In this document: positions 29,732 through 40,269 of the stretch, one piece after another
Layout: every line of letters starts with the position of its first letter
Position numbering within the stretch: the stretch's first letter is position 1
IMG/VR virus record: IMGVR_UViG_3300023179_003650
Location: 1-54,783 of that record
Direction: 5' to 3' (one strand)
From: a virus
Lineage: Duplodnaviria; Caudoviricetes
DNA length: 54,783 nucleotides
The notes under the pieces: generated by a model
The model's database searches: none
Told to the model about the DNA's origin: nothing
Seen by the model: only the letters and a program-made list of their open reading frames with translations
Translations under genes and position numbers: made by a program

Positions 29732-30648
29732 ATTATAGTTCTAATATTTTAAATTTATTAAAAACGATCTTAGGGCCGTATAAACATACAAGTAAAAATA
29801 ATTACGCATTTCAATGTCCGTTTTGTCATTCAACTAAAAAAAAATTAGAAATTGATATATATTCACAACATTCACACTGTTGGGTATGTAATAAATCCGG
29901 TAAAAAAGTAACTACATTATTTAAAGCATTAAATGTAGATAAACAAAAATTTACTGAATTATATCGTATACTTCAAATATCTCCTACAAAAGTTAATGTA
30001 CAAGATACTGCAGAGCAAGTTAAATTGCCTAACGAATTTCATCCGTTGTATATAAAAAGACCTTCAGTAGAATATAAAAATGCATTATTTTATTTACTTA
30101 AAAAACGAGGTATAAGTGTACATGATATTATTAAGTATAATATAGGATATTGTGAAGAAGGAGAATATGCTAAAAAGATTATTATTCCATCGTATGATAG
30201 TAATGGTAAATTAAATTATTTTGTATCTAGAACATATTACGATGCAGAATCTTTTCGATATAAAAATCCTGAAGTAAGTAAAAATATAGTAGGATTTGAA
30301 AATTTATTAAGTTGGGACTTACCTTTAGTTTTAGTGGAAGGAGCGTTTGATGCAATAGCAATTAAGCGTAATGCAATTCCGTTATTTGGAAAAACTATTA
30401 GCGAAGACTTAAAAATGAAAATAATAAAAAATAACGTAAAAGAATTGTATATATGTTTAGATAAAGATGCTCAAAAGCAAGCTTTGCAACATGCAGAATA
30501 TTTTATTAATAGTGGAATAACAGTTTACTTCGTTAACTTAAATGAAAAAGATCCATCCGATATCGGATTCGTTAAAATGAAAAGTATTATACAAGATACA
30601 GAACCATTTTCTTTTTCAGATTTAATATCATTAAAATTAGCATTATGA
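29722..30648 (+). CDS. DNA primase (Zn finger + TOPRIM)
   Basis: CPFC...HCWVC Zn finger, YKNP, LVEGAFDA, CLDKDA and KDPS motifs. Confidence 0.88.
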   Translation: MDINYSSNILNLLKTILGPYKHTSKNNYAFQCPFCHSTKKKLEIDIYSQHSHCWVCNKSGKKVTTLFKALNVDKQKFTELYRILQISPTKVNVQDTAEQVKLPNEFHPLYIKRPSVEYKNALFYLLKKRGISVHDIIKYNIGYCEEGEYAKKIIIPSYDSNGKLNYFVSRTYYDAESFRYKNPEVSKNIVGFENLLSWDLPLVLVEGAFDAIAIKRNAIPLFGKTISEDLKMKIIKNNVKELYICLDKDAQKQALQHAEYFINSGITVYFVNLNEKDPSDIGFVKMKSIIQDTEPFSFSDLISLKLAL

Positions 30649-33600
30649 AAATAGACATAGGATTATCTTCAATTGATAAAATTTATCATGTTGCAGACGT
30701 ACATATTAGAAATCTTAAACGACATTCTGAATACAAAGAAGTATTTACTCGTTTAAAAGAATATATTTCATCTACAAAAACACCGAATAGTATAATTTAT
30801 TTAGCTGGTGATATTGTACATGCTAAAACGGATATGACTCCGGAATTAATACAAGCAGTGCAAGAATTTTTTAAAATGATGGCAGATGAATTACCTACTA
30901 TTTTAATTACAGGAAATCACGATTGTAACTTAAATAATAAAAATAGATTAGATGCTTTAAGTCCAATTGTAAATGCACTTAAACATCCTAATTTATTTTA
31001 CTTAAAAGAGTCCGACGTATATGAAATAGCAGATAAACATTTTGCAGTAATGTCTGTATTCGATAAAGCAGTTGATTATATTAAATCAGATTCATTTAAT
31101 GCTTCTTATAAAATTGCATTACATCATGGATCGGTAGATAATGCTACTACGGATGTTGGATTTAAGTTAGAAAATAAACATGTAAATAATGATACGTTTG
31201 CTGGATATGATTTAGTTCTATTAGGTGATATACATAAAGTACAGTATTTAGATTATAAAAAGACAATTGCTTATGCAGGAAGCTTAATTCAGCAAAATCA
31301 TTCTGAAGGATTAAATCATGGAATACTTGTTTGGAATTTAAATGATAAATCATCTGAATTCGTTCAAATACAAAATGACTATTGTTTTTATACATTAGAT
31401 ATTGATAACGGAAAACATGCTTCATATGATAATTTACCTAAAAACGTACATTTAAGAATAAGAGTTAAAGATACTGAATCAGATGTAGTAAATTTAATAC
31501 TTGCTGACTTCAAAACAAAATATAATGTAGTTGAAGTAGTAATACAAAAAACTAACGATTTTGCTCATAAACGCTCGACCTCGAAGAAAATAGATATAGG
31601 TGATATCCGCGATCCTGAAAACCAAAATACGCTAATCTATGACTATTTAAAGCAGAAATTTAACCTTGACGATACATTTTTAGATGGCGTTAGACATATA
31701 AATCGAAAGACAAATAGTAGTTTAGTTGCAGCAGATATTACTCGTAATATTATTTGGTTGCCAAAGAAGTTTGAATTTTCAAATATGTTTTCTTATGGCG
31801 AAAATAACGTAATTGACTTTACAAATTGTAAAGGTACGTATGGTATATTTGCTCCTAATGCAAGTGGTAAATCTACGTTATTAGAAGCTCTTTCGTATTG
31901 TATATTTGATAAATGTGCAAGAGCATTTAAAGCAGTAAATGTAATGAATAATAAAAAAGATTCATTTCATTGTAAATTTAATTTTGAAATTGATGGTGTA
32001 GATTATTTTATAGAAAAATCTGCGACACGTACTAAATCAGGACACGTAAAAGTAGAAATTGATTTTTGGTATGTAAATGAAGACGGAGATTCAATATACT
32101 TAAATGGACAAGAACGTAGCGATACAAATAATATTATTCGTAAATATGTAGGTACATACGAAGATTTTATTTTAACTTCCTTATCATTACAAAATAACAA
32201 TACTGCATTTATCGATATGAGTCAAAAAGATCGTAAAGATTTACTAGCTCAGTTTTTAGATATTAATGTTTTTGAAAGTTTATATAATATTGCTAACGCA
32301 GAAAGTAAAGATATATCAGTATTAATTAAAGAACATAAAAAGACAGATTATACTGGTACTGTAGCAAAACATGAAAATGAAATTCAAACATTAAATACTA
32401 CATTAATAAAATTAGAACAAGATAAGACTAAAGTAGATGATTTAATTTCCGAGTTAAATGATAAAATTGTATTACAAACAAGTTTACTTAAACCTATTGA
32501 TGTTAATGTAATTGATATACAAGAATCATTAGATAAGCGACAACGGTACGAAGATAACAGTTTAGAATGTAATACTAATTTAAATTTAATATTAGGACAG
32601 CGAGAAGATTTACAGCAAGAAATAAATCAGTTAACTGGCAGTTTAGACAACTTTAATAAAACTGAAATAGATAGTCAGTTAAATGAAATGAATAAGGTAG
32701 CTACGGAAAAATCTTCGTACGAAAGTATGTTAGCTCGATTAGCTACAACATATAAACATACAAAAGAAAAAGCAGATAAATTAGATACATTAGACTACGA
32801 TCCTAATTGTAAATTTTGTATGAATAATGTATTTGTTAAAGATGCGGTAGATGCTAAAAATAAATTAACTGAATTAGAATCTCAAGTTACTGAATTACAA
32901 AATAAAGTAAATGAGTATGATACTAAATTAAAATCATATCAAATTTGGATAGAGCAATCTAAATCATATACTTCTGTTATTGATATTATTACAAGAAAAA
33001 ACATTGCCCTTAATTCTATCAATACAAAGATTCAAACAATGAAATCTAATTGCGATACAATTGATAAATCATTAGAACAAATTAAAAAAGATATTGAACT
33101 TTATAAACAAAACGAAGAATCAATAGCTGCGAATAAAATTGTACAAGAAGTAATAAATGAATTGCAAACTAAAAAGAAACAAGCAACGGATGTTAGTAAT
33201 GCTTTGAATAAACAAATTATTCAACTTAATGGTAATATTCAAATGCACGAAGCAAATAAACAAACTGCATTAGATGCTATACAAAAGTTAGCTGATTTAG
33301 AAATACAATATAAATATTATCAATATTATTTAGAAGCAGTAAATCGTGACGGAGTTCCTTATCATTTAATTAGTTTAGCTATACCACAAATTGAACAAGA
33401 AATAAATAATATACTTATTCCTATTGTAGATTTTGTAATTAAATTAGATACTGACGGTAAAAATATTAATGCTTATATTGTATATGATAATGATAGTTTT
33501 TGGCCAATTGAATTAACTTCTGGTATGGAAAGATTTTTAAGTTCATTAGCAATACGATCTGCTTTAATTAATGTATCTAGTTTACCACGTCCTAACTTTT

Positions 33601-33791
33601 TAGCAATTGACGAAGGATTTGGAGTATTAGATTCTGATAAATTAATTAGTATATATTCGTTATTTAATTATTTAAAGACTCAATTTACTTCATTAATGAT
33701 TATTTCTCATATTGATTCGATGAGAGATGTAGTGGATAGTTTAATTGAAATAAACAAAATTAATTCTTTCTCCAAGATAGACTTCCGTTGA
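30645..33791 (+). CDS. Fused Mre11/SbcD nuclease and Rad50/SbcC ATPase (gp47-gp46-like)
   Basis: ADVH, AGD, GNHD, HHG and GDIH phosphoesterase motifs; then Walker A APNASGKST, Q-loop, CKFC Zn hook, TSGME signature, IDEG and ISH, all in one frame. Confidence 0.92.
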   Translation: MKIDIGLSSIDKIYHVADVHIRNLKRHSEYKEVFTRLKEYISSTKTPNSIIYLAGDIVHAKTDMTPELIQAVQEFFKMMADELPTILITGNHDCNLNNKNRLDALSPIVNALKHPNLFYLKESDVYEIADKHFAVMSVFDKAVDYIKSDSFNASYKIALHHGSVDNATTDVGFKLENKHVNNDTFAGYDLVLLGDIHKVQYLDYKKTIAYAGSLIQQNHSEGLNHGILVWNLNDKSSEFVQIQNDYCFYTLDIDNGKHASYDNLPKNVHLRIRVKDTESDVVNLILADFKTKYNVVEVVIQKTNDFAHKRSTSKKIDIGDIRDPENQNTLIYDYLKQKFNLDDTFLDGVRHINRKTNSSLVAADITRNIIWLPKKFEFSNMFSYGENNVIDFTNCKGTYGIFAPNASGKSTLLEALSYCIFDKCARAFKAVNVMNNKKDSFHCKFNFEIDGVDYFIEKSATRTKSGHVKVEIDFWYVNEDGDSIYLNGQERSDTNNIIRKYVGTYEDFILTSLSLQNNNTAFIDMSQKDRKDLLAQFLDINVFESLYNIANAESKDISVLIKEHKKTDYTGTVAKHENEIQTLNTTLIKLEQDKTKVDDLISELNDKIVLQTSLLKPIDVNVIDIQESLDKRQRYEDNSLECNTNLNLILGQREDLQQEINQLTGSLDNFNKTEIDSQLNEMNKVATEKSSYESMLARLATTYKHTKEKADKLDTLDYDPNCKFCMNNVFVKDAVDAKNKLTELESQVTELQNKVNEYDTKLKSYQIWIEQSKSYTSVIDIITRKNIALNSINTKIQTMKSNCDTIDKSLEQIKKDIELYKQNEESIAANKIVQEVINELQTKKKQATDVSNALNKQIIQLNGNIQMHEANKQTALDAIQKLADLEIQYKYYQYYLEAVNRDGVPYHLISLAIPQIEQEINNILIPIVDFVIKLDTDGKNINAYIVYDNDSFWPIELTSGMERFLSSLAIRSALINVSSLPRPNFLAIDEGFGVLDSDKLISIYSLFNYLKTQFTSLMIISHIDSMRDVVDSLIEINKINSFSKIDFR

Positions 33792-33815
33792 TATTTATAT
33801 AATATAGGAGTTTAA

Positions 33816-35795
33816 ATGGCAAAAGGGCCGCAAGATCAAGTACAACAACCAAAAACTAATTCTTCGTACCAAGCATTGCTTGATTCGGGTATTCCAACTA
33901 CTGCGGCTTTATTCGAGACCGATTCTACTATTGATAAAAAAGAAATAGTATATAAAGAATTAGATAGAATACCCGTACGAGTTACTGATGTCGATCCAAA
34001 TTCTCCAAATTATTTACGCGTTACGTATTTACCAAATGAATTTAGTTTAGGAAAAAATTTAATACGTATACGACCTAATATTCCGGCATTTGCTGAAGAG
34101 TCCCAATTATATGTAGAAATAATTGATTATAACGGCGATCCTGTATATTATGAAATAGAAATAAATTCTGAAACAAAAGATTTATTTATTATTATTTCTG
34201 TTTATATTTACGAAGATACTCCTCCGGGACCATGTGCTGTATATATTTTAGGTACATTAAAAAACGTACCAATTCCAGAAGGCAATAAAATTTATCCAAT
34301 AAATTTTAGATGGACACAAATCATTAATATTGATACGTCGGAAAAAACTAAATCTCCGATAATATTTACTACATTACCAAAAGTATCGGTTATTGCAAAT
34401 ACTGCTTCATATGATATATTATCATATTCAGGCGGCGCGCCTTTTACTAGTAGTTATTTTTATAATGTGCATTTACATAATGGAGTTTTAAATCCTTCTA
34501 TTACTGCATTAAATACATCCGATACATTTAATTCTGCAATGATAACTGGGCAATTATACGCTAAATACGAAGATATTCAACTACTAATTCCTAATAGATT
34601 TTCTACAAATTATTTATTAGGTGGCGGCATAACGGCTAGTATACAAAATTATTTAACGAGTAAGTCATTAACATTAAATGAACCAATCGTTATATATCAA
34701 CAAAACAGAGCAGATCAGATAATTTTACAATCGGCAATCTTTAAAACTGCTAGTATAGCATATGAACAAGATCCGTCTGGTATTATTCAAAATACTTTTA
34801 AGAAACGATTATTAACAATAAACTTTACTGACTTAGATCCATTTGTCGGACAAATACGTAATGTTAAAACATTATATAGAGATACTGCATTAAAAACTAC
34901 GGAATATTTACTATTAAGCGATTTTATAGTACCATCAATAAATGTATCAAATGGATTTAATCCCATGACTGCATCATTTTCTTTAGTATTACCCGATGCT
35001 GAAATTGATGAGCATTATGATATACGTTTTGAATTTTATAATAATGAAACGGTGCCTAGTTTACAAGTCTTGGAAATTCGTGATATTATTGTGCCGGGAA
35101 TTCCTGACGTAATAGTAAATACCGATGGAATTTTAATGGTAGATCCTGTTGCAAGTACATTAGATGGTAAAAATATGGTTCGTACGTTATATCAAGATTA
35201 TGACATACATACATTATATACATCATCTTTAAAGATGCCAACGGGTAGCAGTTATCCTACGGTTAATTTATATTATTACGATCAACAAAAATCCATAGCA
35301 CAATTTACTGCATTTATACCTGATGGCGCTTCGTACATAACTGCATATTATAACGCAGCAGTAATTAATTTATCGCAAAAAACATTATCGGAAGATTTAG
35401 GATATTATAATTACAACGTAATGTTATCTGTATATGAAATGGCTACATCTTCATATACTAATTTTAGATATGATACTGACGAAATATCGTTACCAAAAGT
35501 TTTAACTTCAACGGCCAGTATTACAATGTATTCAGGAGATACAACAAACCATACTGCATTTGCGTATCCTATAAAACATACGGTACAATTACCCGAGACA
35601 GGTAAATTATATAGATTTTCTTTAGAACATAATATAACCGTTACTGGATCAATTGGAGGTATCAATTCTGCTTCATTTGACGTATCTTGCTCAATTAAAG
35701 ATATTGATATTTTATCGTCCGGATTTTTATTTGTAAGCGGGGCAAGGCCTACATATATATCGGGAGCGTATAGTTATAATATTCCAAGTATATAA
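33816..35795 (+). CDS. Putative virion structural protein
   Basis: Late motif (33792) and TAGGAG; beta-rich with many TAS/TSS/TGS motifs. Confidence 0.6.
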   Translation: MAKGPQDQVQQPKTNSSYQALLDSGIPTTAALFETDSTIDKKEIVYKELDRIPVRVTDVDPNSPNYLRVTYLPNEFSLGKNLIRIRPNIPAFAEESQLYVEIIDYNGDPVYYEIEINSETKDLFIIISVYIYEDTPPGPCAVYILGTLKNVPIPEGNKIYPINFRWTQIINIDTSEKTKSPIIFTTLPKVSVIANTASYDILSYSGGAPFTSSYFYNVHLHNGVLNPSITALNTSDTFNSAMITGQLYAKYEDIQLLIPNRFSTNYLLGGGITASIQNYLTSKSLTLNEPIVIYQQNRADQIILQSAIFKTASIAYEQDPSGIIQNTFKKRLLTINFTDLDPFVGQIRNVKTLYRDTALKTTEYLLLSDFIVPSINVSNGFNPMTASFSLVLPDAEIDEHYDIRFEFYNNETVPSLQVLEIRDIIVPGIPDVIVNTDGILMVDPVASTLDGKNMVRTLYQDYDIHTLYTSSLKMPTGSSYPTVNLYYYDQQKSIAQFTAFIPDGASYITAYYNAAVINLSQKTLSEDLGYYNYNVMLSVYEMATSSYTNFRYDTDEISLPKVLTSTASITMYSGDTTNHTAFAYPIKHTVQLPETGKLYRFSLEHNITVTGSIGGINSASFDVSCSIKDIDILSSGFLFVSGARPTYISGAYSYNIPSI

Positions 35796-35803
35796 TTATT
35801 AAT

Positions 35804-37606
35804 ATGAATATAATCGCAGTTTATCCAGGTAGATTTCAGCCATTTGGCAAACACCATGCAGAATCATTTAAATGGTTACAGCAACAATTCGGACCTAAAA
35901 ATACTTTTATCGTAACTTCAAACGCAGTTAGTTTACCTAAATCTCCTTTAGATTTTAAAGATAAAAAACAAATAATATCTCAATACGGAATAACTAAAGT
36001 CGTACAAGTTAAAAATCCATATAAGGCAGAAGAGCTTTTATCTAAATACGATCCAAAAACAACTGCCGTTGTATTTATGGTAGGTCAAAAAGATATGGAC
36101 GAAGATCCTAGATTTACAATAGGTAAATTAAAATCAGGAGGCCCTACATATTTTCAAGACTATTCTAAAAATAAAAATAAATTGCAAGGATACGATAGAC
36201 ATGGTTATTTAATTGTAGCACCGCATGTATCATTAAAGATTCCGTTATACGGAGAAATGAGTGGCACTACCATACGTAAAGCACTTGCTAGTGCAACTAC
36301 AGAGGCAAAGCGTAAAGAATTATTTAGCGCAGTCTTTGGATGGTATGACAAAGCCTTAGCAAAAAAATTACATGATAAATTTAGTGCGGCAATGAAAGAA
36401 GGATATATGAGTCCTAAACAATCATTAGCTCATACACAAAAATTAGATAAATTAAAAGATTTTTTAGATAAAAATCACGGCCGTGAATTTGTTTATGATT
36501 TTGATATGTTTCCTAAAACCGTATATGGCGTTAAAATAGATGAACGCGCATTTTGGGATAACTTTTTTCAATTAGTAATGGAAGGGGGGGCGGGGGGACA
36601 CATGGCTCATCCATTTGATATACCTAGCGTATCAAGTGGCACTGATTTGTTAGACGTATTTAATAAATCCGTAGATTATTTAAGTAAAAAACCCGCTTCT
36701 GTAAAAATAGACGGTGTTAATGCATCTATTCGTTTAGTTAAATTAGGCAGTACACAACAGTTTGTAATGGACCGCGGTTCAAATAAACCTTTGGATGTAA
36801 AAGGAATTACTAAAGCAGAATTAACTGATCGATTCGGTGAAGGACATGGTATGATTAAAGTAGGCGGTACCGTATTAGATATTTTTAATGATGCATTACC
36901 TACATGTAAGACAGAATTGAAAGCATTAGGATTATTAGATAATCCAAATATAATGTTTAATATTGAATATGTAGCCGGTTCTACAAATGTATTATCATAC
37001 GGTAAAAACTTTTTAGCAATACATGGATTATTAGAAATAACTCAAGTAACTGAAAAGCGTAGAGCTACACATGAAATTCCATATAATAAAAGAACTATGC
37101 AAACTTTATTAAATAAATTAAATCCAATAGCACAAAATTATGGCTATGAAGTAGTTGGCTCTATACCAACTACATTGGAGGCTCAACCGGATTTTAATAA
37201 AGAATTGAATACTAAATATACAGTAAATTACGGTACTAAAAAGGAAACAAAAACATTAAAGCAATGGTTAACTTCCGCTAAAGTCCCTAGAGGCAATGTT
37301 AAAACGGTTGATGGAAAATCTATCGCTGCATTATCAAAAGAAGTGTTATTAAAAATTGCAGAAGGTACGCCTTTAAATAAATTTATAGCAGATCCAAAAG
37401 ATTATAAAGATGCAATCGACGGATTTGTTATATATACTGCTACTATGAAATTAGGAGACGCCGTTTTAGAAAAACTTACGTCTCCATTAGGACCTGTATC
37501 AGAACATGAAGGTATCGTAATTCGTGATCCAAAAATTTATAATAAACCGTTTAAAATTACCGGTAAATTTATCGTTGGCGGTTTAGCATCATCATTTACA
37601 AAATAA
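35804..37606 (+). CDS. Cytidylyltransferase-like (HIGH-class) domain fused to an ATP-dependent ligase-like domain
   Basis: N-terminal YPGRFQPFGKHH and MSGTTIR; C-terminal KIDG (K301), FNIEY, EGIVIRD (E569) and FK motifs. Confidence 0.7.
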   Translation: MNIIAVYPGRFQPFGKHHAESFKWLQQQFGPKNTFIVTSNAVSLPKSPLDFKDKKQIISQYGITKVVQVKNPYKAEELLSKYDPKTTAVVFMVGQKDMDEDPRFTIGKLKSGGPTYFQDYSKNKNKLQGYDRHGYLIVAPHVSLKIPLYGEMSGTTIRKALASATTEAKRKELFSAVFGWYDKALAKKLHDKFSAAMKEGYMSPKQSLAHTQKLDKLKDFLDKNHGREFVYDFDMFPKTVYGVKIDERAFWDNFFQLVMEGGAGGHMAHPFDIPSVSSGTDLLDVFNKSVDYLSKKPASVKIDGVNASIRLVKLGSTQQFVMDRGSNKPLDVKGITKAELTDRFGEGHGMIKVGGTVLDIFNDALPTCKTELKALGLLDNPNIMFNIEYVAGSTNVLSYGKNFLAIHGLLEITQVTEKRRATHEIPYNKRTMQTLLNKLNPIAQNYGYEVVGSIPTTLEAQPDFNKELNTKYTVNYGTKKETKTLKQWLTSAKVPRGNVKTVDGKSIAALSKEVLLKIAEGTPLNKFIADPKDYKDAIDGFVIYTATMKLGDAVLEKLTSPLGPVSEHEGIVIRDPKIYNKPFKITGKFIVGGLASSFTK

Positions 37607-37622
37607 TTATATATAAAATAAT

Positions 37623-38207
37623 ATGACAAAGTTACGTAATATAGACGCAATTAAAAAAATGTTAGACGGTACGCACCGTACACAAACTAAAACGTCAGTT
37701 TCATTAAATACATCAGAAGCTCCTATTAAAAGAGAAGTTGGCGAAAGATGGGTAGATGAAAATGGAAAAGAATGGGAACAGCGACAAGGTTATAAAATTA
37801 GTGTTACAAAAGCATTAGATGTTCTAGCAGAAACTCGTATGCCAGAACATTGTCCTAAATGCAGTAATCCAATGACAAAAAAGAATTTGGATGAAAAAAT
37901 GTGGAATATTCATAAAATGTGTTTTGATTGTGTAATTGATATGGAGCATCAATTACGTATTGAAGGCAAATATAATGAATATGAAACACAAAAGATTAGA
38001 GAAAATGCAATGTCTTGGTTAAGAGATGCAGAAAAAGATGTAGAAGATTTAGTTAGCGCTTATCGATATGCTTCTTTTGTTAATCAAGATGGTTCGGTAG
38101 AAAAATGGATAGGAGGATTATCCCCTGAAAATTTTGAAGCTAAAGTGCGAGGAGAATTTGATAAATTTAAAACAGAATTTATTGATAAATTGGAGATAAA
38201 AAAGTAG
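37623..38207 (+). CDS. Zn-finger hypothetical protein
   Basis: CPKC...CFDC; REVGERW...KEWEQRQG. Confidence 0.7.
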   Translation: MTKLRNIDAIKKMLDGTHRTQTKTSVSLNTSEAPIKREVGERWVDENGKEWEQRQGYKISVTKALDVLAETRMPEHCPKCSNPMTKKNLDEKMWNIHKMCFDCVIDMEHQLRIEGKYNEYETQKIRENAMSWLRDAEKDVEDLVSAYRYASFVNQDGSVEKWIGGLSPENFEAKVRGEFDKFKTEFIDKLEIKK

Positions 38208-39482
38208 ATGAGACAGTTAAAGATTTTTGATTTCGATGATACGTTAGCTAAATCAGAAACGCCCGTAATAATAAAAAAAGCGGACGGGTCTAGTATAACA
38301 CTGACTCCGGGACAATTTGCTACATATAAAATGGAACCGGATGACATTTTAGATTTTACGTATTTTAATAAAATGATATCAAAAGCAACGCCTATTAAAC
38401 ATAATGTAGAGTTGCTTAAAACGTATTTATCAAATCCGGGTAGATATAAAGTTACTATTTTAACTGCTCGTAGATTAGCATTTCCTGTACGATATTGGTT
38501 AAAGAAATTAACGGGACGAGAAGTATATGTAGTAGGAGTAGCGGGATCCGATCCTAAATTAAAAGCTAATTATATAGAAAAAGAAATACGTAAAGGATAT
38601 ACGGATATATTCTTTATGGACGATAGTTTACCTAACGTTCAAGCAATAAAAGATTTAAATAAAAAATACCCTAACGTAAATATAGAGGCTATTGTGGCAG
38701 AAAATATTAACGAACGCTATTTAAGACAAATAATAGCAATTACGGAATCTGTAAATGAAATTGAAAGTAGTAACTTTATTGAAGAAGATGATAATGATGC
38801 TCAAAAAGTATTAGATGATACACCTGATGATGTAGAAGATGCTTTAGCTAAATTCTTAAAAATGTCTCCGGATGAATTAGAAAAACAAGTACTAAAAAAT
38901 CCAGAAGGTAATAAAGAAGTTGAAGAAAGTATAGGTCTGACTTTATTAATGGCTGCTCCATTATTATTAGAATTAGCCGGAAAATTAATTAATAAAATTA
39001 AGACTTCTTATGCATTATCTCCTGACGATCAAAAATATTATGAAGGTTGGAAAGCTCGTAAAAAAGCGGCTAAAGAAGCAAAAGACGATACTAAATTAAA
39101 AGCTTTAGATAAAGAATATAATAACAGATTTGCTTCTAAATTTGGTAAAAATTTAATTGGAATTGGCCATGATTTACATAAAGCATATACCGCACCAATT
39201 GTGCAAGTACTTAAATTAGCAAGTTTCTTGCCTGGTAAATTTGGGGATTGGGCTAAAGATCCTGTAAAGCGTCAAAAAATTGCAAATATAATTTATGCAT
39301 GTACAATGTTCTTTTATGGCGGAGCACATGCTAAACATGGTTTACATGAATTATTAGCACAAAGCGGAGTAGACCCTGCTACATTTGCAGACACAATAGT
39401 TAATGCTGCTAAATCAGGTAAAAGTTTAAAAGATGTAGTTACTATAGGATTAGAAGCTACGAGCGGATTAGAAACTACGTAA
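38208..39482 (+). CDS. HAD-family phosphatase with C-terminal extension
   Basis: DFDDT (motif I), ILTAR (II), K (III) and FMDDS..NV (IV); helical extension with hydrophobic segments. Confidence 0.8.
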   Translation: MRQLKIFDFDDTLAKSETPVIIKKADGSSITLTPGQFATYKMEPDDILDFTYFNKMISKATPIKHNVELLKTYLSNPGRYKVTILTARRLAFPVRYWLKKLTGREVYVVGVAGSDPKLKANYIEKEIRKGYTDIFFMDDSLPNVQAIKDLNKKYPNVNIEAIVAENINERYLRQIIAITESVNEIESSNFIEEDDNDAQKVLDDTPDDVEDALAKFLKMSPDELEKQVLKNPEGNKEVEESIGLTLLMAAPLLLELAGKLINKIKTSYALSPDDQKYYEGWKARKKAAKEAKDDTKLKALDKEYNNRFASKFGKNLIGIGHDLHKAYTAPIVQVLKLASFLPGKFGDWAKDPVKRQKIANIIYACTMFFYGGAHAKHGLHELLAQSGVDPATFADTIVNAAKSGKSLKDVVTIGLEATSGLETT

Positions 39483-39493
39483 TAAAGGAATAA

Positions 39494-40243
39494 ATGAAAA
39501 AGAATATTATTACAGAAGCTATTCAATATCATAAAGAAAATAAAATACCTTATAGCGAACCTATTTTTAGATACGGTTCAGTTAACTTTTTTAAATATAT
39601 AAATGAGTTACGTAAACTTAATGAATCTAAGCAAATTGAATTAGATGAAGATGCAAGATTTTTTGTTAGTACTGATTTAGGTAAAATTGGAAAGTATAAC
39701 GGGCGGGATGTTCTTTTAGATTTTCCGATGATAGAAAATACGATAGACGAAATCACTCATTTAGATTATATTAAACTTTGGAAATGGCTTAAAAAAGTAA
39801 AAGTTAATGTTACTCCTAAAATATATAAATCAATTGAAAAAATAGTACAAATGTCTATTATTGATCCATTAGAAACTTCTGATTCGATTATTGATTTTAT
39901 TATGGATCGATTCCCTGTATTAGGCGAATTAGGAATTGCTGAAAATATACATGAAGCAGAACATCATGGTAAAAAAGTAGATTTAAATTCTCCAAAACGC
40001 GGTGGGTCGAAGAAATTTTATGTATACGTAAAATCAGATGCAGGTAATGTAAAAAAGATTTCTTTTGGAGATACTACGGGATTAACTTCAAAAATTAAAG
40101 ATGCAAAAGCTCGTAAAGCATTTGCAGCACGTCATCAATGTGACAAGAAAAAAGATAAAACTAAAGCAGGATATTGGGCATGTAATTTGCCTAGATATTG
40201 GGATAAATTAGGTGGCGGAACTAAAATTAATGGTTATTGGTAA
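39494..40243 (+). CDS. Modular hypothetical protein, probably head-associated
   Basis: C-terminal basic KKFYVYVK..ISFGD..ARKAFAARHQC..AGYWAC domain, recalled from T4-like phages; (I/L)xE linkers. Confidence 0.65.
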   Translation: MKKNIITEAIQYHKENKIPYSEPIFRYGSVNFFKYINELRKLNESKQIELDEDARFFVSTDLGKIGKYNGRDVLLDFPMIENTIDEITHLDYIKLWKWLKKVKVNVTPKIYKSIEKIVQMSIIDPLETSDSIIDFIMDRFPVLGELGIAENIHEAEHHGKKVDLNSPKRGGSKKFYVYVKSDAGNVKKISFGDTTGLTSKIKDAKARKAFAARHQCDKKKDKTKAGYWACNLPRYWDKLGGGTKINGYW

Positions 40244-40269
40244 GATATTTATTATTACAAAAAGGTAAT

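Noticed and set aside
28961-29760. Group I intron in the primase gene
   Set aside because: The interval is almost fully coding. I could not find P7 or other core elements or a terminal G at the expected junction, and the primase has its own start. A covariance-model search would settle it.
36584-36597. G7-C-G6 run as a phase-variation or G-quadruplex site
   Set aside because: It encodes the GGAGG motif in an intact frame; there is no evidence of slippage without reads.
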